DNA from: Saprospiraceae bacterium
Lineage (GTDB): Bacteria; Bacteroidota; Bacteroidia; Chitinophagales; Saprospiraceae
Length of the DNA: 54,103 nucleotides
Direction: 5' to 3'
Assembly (NCBI GenBank): GCA_035268885.1
Contig: DATFKA010000149.1
Location: 1-54,103 of the forward strand
The notes beneath the pieces were generated by a model. It did not search any database, had not been told where the DNA came from, and saw only the letters and a list, made by a program, of their open reading frames with translations. The position numbers and the translations under genes were made by a program. Below are positions 48,547-54,103 of the stretch, one piece after another (within the stretch, counting starts at the first letter, position 1; each line of letters begins with the position of its first letter).

Positions 48547-49714
48547 TGCCTACCTCAAATGGTTAAAGCAATGGATCGATGGGAGCCTGACTGCGCGCGA
48601 TGAGCAGCAACTGGAGCAGGCTACCCGTGAAGATGCTTTTCTACGAGACGCACTCGAAGGACTGCAATCCGCACCGGAGGAGGACCACGAGAAACGCCTG
48701 GCCCGCTTACGCAAAAAAATCCAGCAGCCGGAAGCAAAGCAACGACGGGGGCGCATCATCCCCCTGGCCCTACGGCGTATTGCCGCTACCCTCTTACTGG
48801 TCATTGGTCTGGGTACCATCTGGTGGCTCAACCAGACACCGGACAATCAGGGGATCAGTATGGAAGAAGTCCGTCCCCCTACGCAAACCGAAGCCGCCGC
48901 CGAGCCCGAAGCGGAAACGGGTCAACAAGAGCTTACGGAAGCCCTGCCCGAGCCCCCCACCGAGGAGCCAGCCGCCGTGGAGGAAAAATCAGCACCGCCC
49001 CCCGCACCCGAACCAACAACCCGCGACTATGAGTTGGATGAGGTGCTTACTGACGAAGGAATAGCCGAGGAAGCACCACCTGCCATAACCGCTGCCCCCA
49101 GAATGGTGCAGCCGCGTACTTCCCCTGCGCTACCCCAGGCCAGTGAGGCCTTCCCCCTGGAATCACTCCAGGGACAGATCATTGACATGGAGGGCCGTCC
49201 CGTAGCCGGTGCGGTCATTCTTAACCAGAGTGGAGAGCAGGAAGCCATCAGCGATGCGGCCGGAAACTTCAAATTGTCCGCCTTAGCATCAGCCCCGGAT
49301 AGCACCTACACGGTACAGCACTTCAACTACCAGGATACCAGTCTGCGGCTGAAGGACAGCCCCGCCGAACCGTTGGTCGTAGCCATGCAAAGAGAAAGCC
49401 CATCCCAACTAAGGAAAACCTATAAGCGGAGCAAAGTCAGCCAGCCGGTCCCCGTCGGCGGTTTTGATTATTTCCGCAGTGATAACCAAGCTTACCGAGC
49501 CTTTTTTACCAATTCCCGCCTCAAAAGAAACCCCATCACCATTGCCTTTACGGTCTACCCCTTCGGAGAAATCGGAAACTTCGAAGTATTGAGCCTGGCC
49601 TCCGACACCCAAATCGAGCAGGTAAGCGAATTCCTCCAAAATGGGCCCCAATGGATCCTGCCCAGTGGCGTGGATAGCCTGCGTACGCAGATCACCATTC
49701 CGGTGCAAGAGTAA
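48536..49714 (+). CDS. putative anti-sigma factor: TM anchor, Pro/Glu-rich linker, CarbopepD_reg-like segment and TonB-C-like domain
   Basis: Overlaps the sigma gene by 11 nt. TM segment RIIPLALRRIAATLLLVIGLGTIWWL. PEP-rich spacer. C-terminus PVGGFDYF...ITIAFTVYPFGEIGNFEVLS...PQWILPSGVD...ITIPV resembles the TonB C-terminal fold pattern. Confidence 0.55.
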   Translation: MKSSAYLKWLKQWIDGSLTARDEQQLEQATREDAFLRDALEGLQSAPEEDHEKRLARLRKKIQQPEAKQRRGRIIPLALRRIAATLLLVIGLGTIWWLNQTPDNQGISMEEVRPPTQTEAAAEPEAETGQQELTEALPEPPTEEPAAVEEKSAPPPAPEPTTRDYELDEVLTDEGIAEEAPPAITAAPRMVQPRTSPALPQASEAFPLESLQGQIIDMEGRPVAGAVILNQSGEQEAISDAAGNFKLSALASAPDSTYTVQHFNYQDTSLRLKDSPAEPLVVAMQRESPSQLRKTYKRSKVSQPVPVGGFDYFRSDNQAYRAFFTNSRLKRNPITIAFTVYPFGEIGNFEVLSLASDTQIEQVSEFLQNGPQWILPSGVDSLRTQITIPVQE

Positions 49715-49764
49715 ATAAGGGTAAAGTGGAAACGCCAGGCTGACATTTTAGCCAGCAAGAAAAA

Positions 49765-50154
49765 CTACCGCAGGGCGGGTAATTTACAAGAAGTCAGGTA
49801 TTTCCAATTGACGAAGTGGGCAAAAGCAATGGAGAAGCCACCGATGGCGGTCAGAATATAATGCGAGGACCCGTGGTGTAGGAATAAGCTACCGATCAAA
49901 AAAGCAATGCCAACCAGCAGCCAGAGCAAGGGATAAACGTTACGGTGCTCCCGAAAGTAAGATTTACCAATGGAATAAGAGGCAATGATAATACTGCCAA
50001 TGATCAGGAAGCGCTCAATGGCTTCGTTCTCTAACCACTCTGCGCCACCCAGGAAACCGAGTGACAACAGGACGGGCAGGGCCATGCAATGCACCGCGCA
50101 GGCAAAAGAAGCAGAAAACCCGAGGAAGTCAATATGCCATCCAAAAAACCGCAT
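49765..50154 (-). CDS. MerC-like small membrane protein
   Basis: 129 aa, four hydrophobic helices, CAVHC motif in helix 1; family call tentative. Confidence 0.4.
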   Translation of the reverse strand: MRFFGWHIDFLGFSASFACAVHCMALPVLLSLGFLGGAEWLENEAIERFLIIGSIIIASYSIGKSYFREHRNVYPLLWLLVGIAFLIGSLFLHHGSSHYILTAIGGFSIAFAHFVNWKYLTSCKLPALR

Positions 50155-50234
50155 ATATTGTATTTGTTTCTACAAAGATACAACTACAAATGCATCATTG
50201 TTGCAATTTTTTATTTTTTTCTAAAATAAAGCCT

Positions 50235-50615
50235 ATGCGTACCCCTATTTTATGCCTTTTCTTAGCCGGATGCCTACTTGTTGGCTGCCAGCGAGCGAAT
50301 ATCCGACAAGAAGCACTCGCCTCGGAAGCCAAAGCGTATTACCAGCAAGCGGCTGATCTCCAAAGGAAGGTAATGGTTGCCATGGAGCACCTGGAGCAGG
50401 AGCGCAACCAAATTAATGTGCAGGGCCGAGCCCTGGCGGCGGCGGAGCGGCAACGCGTAGCCGATATTGAAGATCTATTAACCCAATACGCACGCTTTGA
50501 GGATGGCTTTGAGCCCGTGGCTACGAACCGTATTTCCCAAAAGGAAGTCGAGCGGCAACGGACCAGCCTGGAGCGGATTCGGGCTGTATGGGAGAGGGTT
50601 CAGGCATTAGAGTAA
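50235..50615 (+). CDS. hypothetical lipoprotein with coiled-coil
   Basis: Lipobox LFLAGC after Met at 50235; the track ORF start at 50061 would overlap the convergent MerC-like gene and is rejected. Confidence 0.5.
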   Translation: MRTPILCLFLAGCLLVGCQRANIRQEALASEAKAYYQQAADLQRKVMVAMEHLEQERNQINVQGRALAAAERQRVADIEDLLTQYARFEDGFEPVATNRISQKEVERQRTSLERIRAVWERVQALE

Positions 50616-50622
50616 GTGGGAT

Positions 50623-50687
50623 CGAAGCAGAAGCTTCGACCGGGCAAAAGGCTGAAGCGCATCCGCTGAGGCGAAGCTTCTGCTTCG
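50623..50687. terminator. bidirectional terminator built from two inverted copies of a CGAAGC-N4-GCTTCG mini-hairpin element
   Basis: cgaagcagaagcttcg at 50623-50638 and its exact reverse complement cgaagcttctgcttcg at 50672-50687, lying between convergent genes. Confidence 0.6.
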
Positions 50688-50688
50688 C

Positions 50689-51591
50689 CTAAACCCTTTG
50701 CAACGTTGGCACCCGTCCCATTTCCACCTTCAATTGTTTACGGTACTGCTCCGAAAGCGGGACCAGCGGGGTCCGCACCTGGCTAGTACAAAGCCCATTA
50801 ATCTCCATGGCCGATTTGACGCCCACCGGATTTCCTTCTACGTAGAGATAAGGATGCAGGTCCAGCAGATCAAGGTTGAGCCGTGCAGCGGTGGTGAAAT
50901 CCCCCCGCAGGGCGGCGTTGGTCATGCTGGAGAAGTGCTCCGGATAGAGATTAGCGATGACGGAAATCACGCCATCGCCGCCGTTGGCCATCAGGCTGAG
51001 TGCCGTGGGGTCATCGCCCGAAAGCACGGCCAGGTGATCGGGGCGATCCTTGATAATCTTCATCCCCTGAGTCAGATCGCCGGAAGCTTCTTTCACCGCG
51101 ATGAATTTTTCGCTGGCGTGGGCCAGGCGAAGGATGGTATCCGGTTCCACATTAGAGCCCGTGCGGCCGGGCACATTATAGATAATGATGGGTAGCAGCG
51201 AGGCTTCCGCCAGGGCCATATAGTGGCGAAAGATACCTTCCTGGGGTGGCTTATTATAGGCCGGACTACTCGACATAATGGCATCGAAACCATCGAAGTC
51301 GTACTCCTGTACTGCCTGTACCAGCTTATGGGTGTAGTTACTACCGAAGAGGCCCGCTACCAGGGGGCAACGGCCATTGACTTTTTCGATGGTATAATCG
51401 AATACTTCCCGGCATTCTTTTTGCGAAAGCGTAACCGCCTCGCCGGTGGTGCCCAGAGAAACAATATAATCCACACCGCCTTCGATAACGTGGTCAATCA
51501 GACGGCCCAAAGTAGGGTAATCAATGCTGTAATCCTGATGAAAAGGAGTGACCAGAGCGACTCCGGTTCCGCTAAACTTATGCTGCTTCAT
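50689..51591 (-). CDS. dapA: 4-hydroxy-tetrahydrodipicolinate synthase
   Basis: 300 aa; TPF...GTTGE motif, the active-site Lys region (IAVKEAS), TIM-barrel lyase layout. Confidence 0.92.
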   Translation of the reverse strand: MKQHKFSGTGVALVTPFHQDYSIDYPTLGRLIDHVIEGGVDYIVSLGTTGEAVTLSQKECREVFDYTIEKVNGRCPLVAGLFGSNYTHKLVQAVQEYDFDGFDAIMSSSPAYNKPPQEGIFRHYMALAEASLLPIIIYNVPGRTGSNVEPDTILRLAHASEKFIAVKEASGDLTQGMKIIKDRPDHLAVLSGDDPTALSLMANGGDGVISVIANLYPEHFSSMTNAALRGDFTTAARLNLDLLDLHPYLYVEGNPVGVKSAMEINGLCTSQVRTPLVPLSEQYRKQLKVEMGRVPTLQRV

Positions 51592-52129
51592 GCTCTTGAT
51601 TCGTCTTCTGCAGAACGAGCTGCAGTTGTTTTATGAAATCTGTGAGAGTTGCCTTGTTTTTCACGTCGAGCATCAGATCATAACAATCTAGTTCTGAGCT
51701 GATGGGGCCGACTTTAAGGCTGGCTTTGGTCAGTGCAGCAATGTACTCTGAATAATGTGAGCTTATTGGATTGAGAAATACAAAGATATCGAAATTCTGC
51801 TGTAAAAAAAAGTCTATCTCTTTAGACCGGGGGATAAAGTACCAGTCGAGGTGCTTTTTATCAAAGAAAGGGAAGGCGTGAGAGGCGTCCTTACTTTGTT
51901 TCACATCAAAATAGCCCAGCAGCTTCACCTTTTTACGTTGCTTTTTTAGCTGGTCGGCGTACTGTAGAGCCGCCTGACGGGTATCCAGTCGGGTAGCATC
52001 AAAGAGAATACCGATATTTTTTGCCGAGTTGATATTCACCCGTTTCTTCAAAAAGCTGGATTGCTTTTCTAGTTGTTTTTTAATGCGGCGAGCACGGAAA
52101 TACGCTCGCGCATTTTGTAGTAAACTCAT
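51578..52129 (-). CDS. hypothetical protein (basic N-terminus), 14-bp overlap with dapA
   Basis: 183-aa ORF translationally coupled to dapA; no recognised motif. Confidence 0.45.
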   Translation of the reverse strand: MSLLQNARAYFRARRIKKQLEKQSSFLKKRVNINSAKNIGILFDATRLDTRQAALQYADQLKKQRKKVKLLGYFDVKQSKDASHAFPFFDKKHLDWYFIPRSKEIDFFLQQNFDIFVFLNPISSHYSEYIAALTKASLKVGPISSELDCYDLMLDVKNKATLTDFIKQLQLVLQKTNQEHEAA

Positions 52130-52197
52130 AAGTCATATTTTACTGCACATCAGCAGGTCCTCTTTTATCGGCCTTGGGGGGTATGCAGTTTATTGTT

Positions 52198-53175
52198 TTA
52201 GCTCTTTTCTTCTTCTGTAACGACTTCGTACTGCCCAATATTGGCATATTTTTCAATTCGGGCTTCCACTCTGTCTTCCGGACTCATTTCCTGTAGTTCA
52301 GTCAGGGCCTTTTTAATGTGCCGTTTCAGTACTTTCGCCATTTCCTCCGGATTGGAATGGGCACCGCCCACCGGCTCCTTAATGATGCCGTCGATGATTC
52401 CGAATTCGAACATATCGTCGGCCGTCAGGCGCAGGGCTTCGGCCGCTTGCTCTTTGTAATCCCAACTTCTCCACAGGATGGAGGAGCAAGATTCCGGCGA
52501 AATCACCGAGTACCAGGTGTTCTCCAGCATAAATACCCGGTCGCCCAGGCCGATACCAATAGCACCACCCGAAGCGCCCTCTCCGATCACGACGGATACG
52601 ATGGGGACCTTTAGTTGTGCCATTTCCATTAAATTACGCGCAATGGCTTCGGCCTGACCCCGCTCTTCGGCTTCCAGTCCCGGATAAGCGCCCGGCGTAT
52701 CGATCAGGGTAACCACCGGAAAGTTAAATCGTTCCGCCATTTTCATAAGTCGCAGGGCCTTGCGGTAACCTTCGGGGTTGGCCATACCAAAGTTGCGGTA
52801 CTGCCGTAATTTGGTATTCACCCCTTTTTGTTGTCCCAGGATCACCACCGTTTGTCCATCCAGCGAACCGATCCCCCCGACGATGGCTTTATCATCGGCG
52901 TAGTAGCGGTCGCCGTGCAGCTCCGTGAATTTGCGACACATCTCGTTGATGTAGAAGAGCGTGTAGGGCCGCTCGGGGTGGCGGGAGAGTTGCACCTTTT
53001 GCCAGCCGCTGAGGTTACTGTAAATTTCTTTTCTTTTATTGCGAATTTTATTTTCCAGGGTTCTCACCATTTCGGTCACATCGATTCCCTCTTCTCCGTC
53101 GTCGCCGATTTCTTTCAGCTTATTTAGCTTTTCATATAATTCCTCCAGTGGTTTTTCAAACTCCAGAAACACCAT
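52198..53175 (-). CDS. accA: acetyl-CoA carboxylase carboxyltransferase subunit alpha
   Basis: 325 aa; [10 protein letters not shown]-type N-terminus, GGAIGIG/oxyanion region, crotonase-fold carboxyltransferase layout. Confidence 0.93.
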   Translation of the reverse strand: MVFLEFEKPLEELYEKLNKLKEIGDDGEEGIDVTEMVRTLENKIRNKRKEIYSNLSGWQKVQLSRHPERPYTLFYINEMCRKFTELHGDRYYADDKAIVGGIGSLDGQTVVILGQQKGVNTKLRQYRNFGMANPEGYRKALRLMKMAERFNFPVVTLIDTPGAYPGLEAEERGQAEAIARNLMEMAQLKVPIVSVVIGEGASGGAIGIGLGDRVFMLENTWYSVISPESCSSILWRSWDYKEQAAEALRLTADDMFEFGIIDGIIKEPVGGAHSNPEEMAKVLKRHIKKALTELQEMSPEDRVEARIEKYANIGQYEVVTEEEKS

Positions 53176-53597
53176 ATTGTCTGCTTTTTTTAAGTTAAAT
53201 GGATCTAATACCGGCGATTATAACACCGGACAAGACCACACCAATATAAGGCAAGATAGCCTAAAGGTTACAAATCCCCATGAAAACCACGGCAGATTGT
53301 GCGCTAAAGCGGCACAAAGTTAGCAATAAGCACTGGCCAGACCCAGACTTTAAATTTTTTTTTACTTTTTTTTACAAAGCTCTTGCATGGAAAATAAAAG
53401 CACTTTATATTTGCACTCGCTACAACGGAAAACGATCCGTAAAGCACCCCAGAAACAGGGATTCATCCCAAAAACAGGGGCCTGGTTATTTGGCTTATGG
53501 TCTATAAAAAAGTTCTTTTCTCAGCGTGCCAAAGCGTCTAGTTTAGAACTAATAACACATGACCACCCCACCACATGACCACATCACTACACGAAAC

Positions 53598-53638
53598 GGT
53601 CTGGTAGTTTCCGCCTTAGGCGGATTAGAATACCTGCC
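53598..53638 (+). pseudogene. 5' fragment of tRNA-Asp with the D-loop replaced by a 15-nt palindrome
   Basis: ggtctggtagtt + tccgccttaggcgga + ttagaatacctgcc reproduces tRNA-Asp positions 1-12 and 20-33 of the intact gene 27 bp downstream, then diverges. Confidence 0.6.
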
Positions 53639-53664
53639 AAAGATATAAAGATATAAATACCAAT

Positions 53665-53738
53665 GGTCTGGTAGTTCAGTTGGTTAGAATACCTGCCTGT
53701 CACGCAGGGGGTCGCGGGTTCGAGTCCCGTCCAGACCG
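53665..53738 (+). tRNA. tRNA-Asp (anticodon GTC)
   Basis: Hand-folded cloverleaf; anticodon arm CCTGC-CTGTCAC-GCAGG; T-arm GCGGG-TTCGAGT-CCCGT; acceptor GGTCTGG/CCAGACC + G; near-identical in the core to classical bacterial tRNA-Asp. Confidence 0.9.
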
Positions 53739-53767
53739 CTAAAACAAAATTTTTGTTTTAAGATTAA

Positions 53768-53797
53768 AGCTCTTGATTTTCAAGGGCTTTTTTTTCG
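53768..53797 (+). terminator. hairpin + T8 terminator after tRNA-Asp
   Basis: agctcttga...tcaagggct imperfect stem followed by tttttttt. Confidence 0.5.
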
Positions 53798-53924
53798 TTT
53801 ATAGCCTACCGTTAGACCTTTTTTATTAAAACAATTTGTTTTATACTTACCGCCTTTGTTTCTTGTTGCTTCTTTTCGACTGTTTTTTTCTGACAGTTTT
53901 CTAACAACAAAATATTTTTCTAAC

Positions 53925-54103
53925 ATGAAAGTAAAGGCACTACTCTGGACTGCTCGGAAGAGCAAAGACGGCACCTCCCAGGTGATGATCTACGTATACG
54001 CTAAGGGCAAAAAGAAATACTACGGTACCGGCGTAAAAGTTCTCCCTAAAAATTGGTCAGCTCATAAAGAGAAAGTAACTGGACTGCCGAAGTACGTCAA
54101 AGA
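53925..54103 (+). CDS. tyrosine-type site-specific integrase, N-terminal arm-type DNA-binding domain (partial; runs off window)
   Basis: MKVKALLWTARKSKDGTSQVMIYVYAKGKKKYYGTGVKVLPKNWSAHKEKVTG matches the K-x-DGT-x-x-I-x-YVY...G-x-K...W N-terminal pattern of Bacteroidota phage-type integrases; located 187 bp after tRNA-Asp. Confidence 0.6.
   Translation, partial: MKVKALLWTARKSKDGTSQVMIYVYAKGKKKYYGTGVKVLPKNWSAHKEKVTGLPKYVK

Noticed and set aside
50061-50234. N-terminal extension of the lipoprotein ORF (start at 50061)
   Set aside because: Would overlap 94 bp of the convergent MerC-like gene; a canonical lipoprotein signal begins at the Met at 50235.
53780-53974. 64-aa minus-strand ORF
   Set aside because: Overlaps the plus-strand ORF whose product matches integrase arm-binding N-termini; Lys/Arg-rich nonsense peptide.

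Overview
This 54.1-kb window looks like a Bacteroidota chromosome segment, plausibly a Saprospiraceae/Cytophagia-like organism. That assignment is inferred from gene content and order only; no database search was possible. It is dominated by housekeeping genes. The core is a complete, co-directional cell-division and cell-wall (dcw) cluster on the minus strand, about 14.5-29.9 kb: mraZ-rsmH-ftsL-ftsI-murE-mraY-murD-ftsW-murG-murC-ftsQ-ftsA-ftsZ. Flanking features are an AGCS-family Na+/alanine symporter, an ECF sigma/FecR/TonB-dependent transducer surface-signalling locus with a DUF4249 lipoprotein, a Crp-family regulator and an M14 carboxypeptidase. Further right are typA/bipA, a flotillin/NfeD-like (YqiK/YqiJ-type) pair, a VIT1-family transporter and apt. 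Next comes a tight five-gene minus-strand operon of ATP-grasp, NRDE-family, nitroreductase-fold (IYD-like) and two SDR genes. The remaining genes are mlaEF-like ABC components, tRNA-Leu(GAG), glgB, a YfbK-like VWA protein, a second ECF sigma with an anti-sigma factor carrying a TonB-C-like domain, dapA and accA. tRNA-Asp(GTC) is followed at the right edge by the 5' end of a tyrosine integrase, so an integrated element probably begins at the window boundary. I also see several families of short palindromic or tandem repeats in intergenic positions, a decayed gene remnant, and a possible glycine-riboswitch-like leader, none of which I can confirm without tools. No CRISPR array or rRNA is present.
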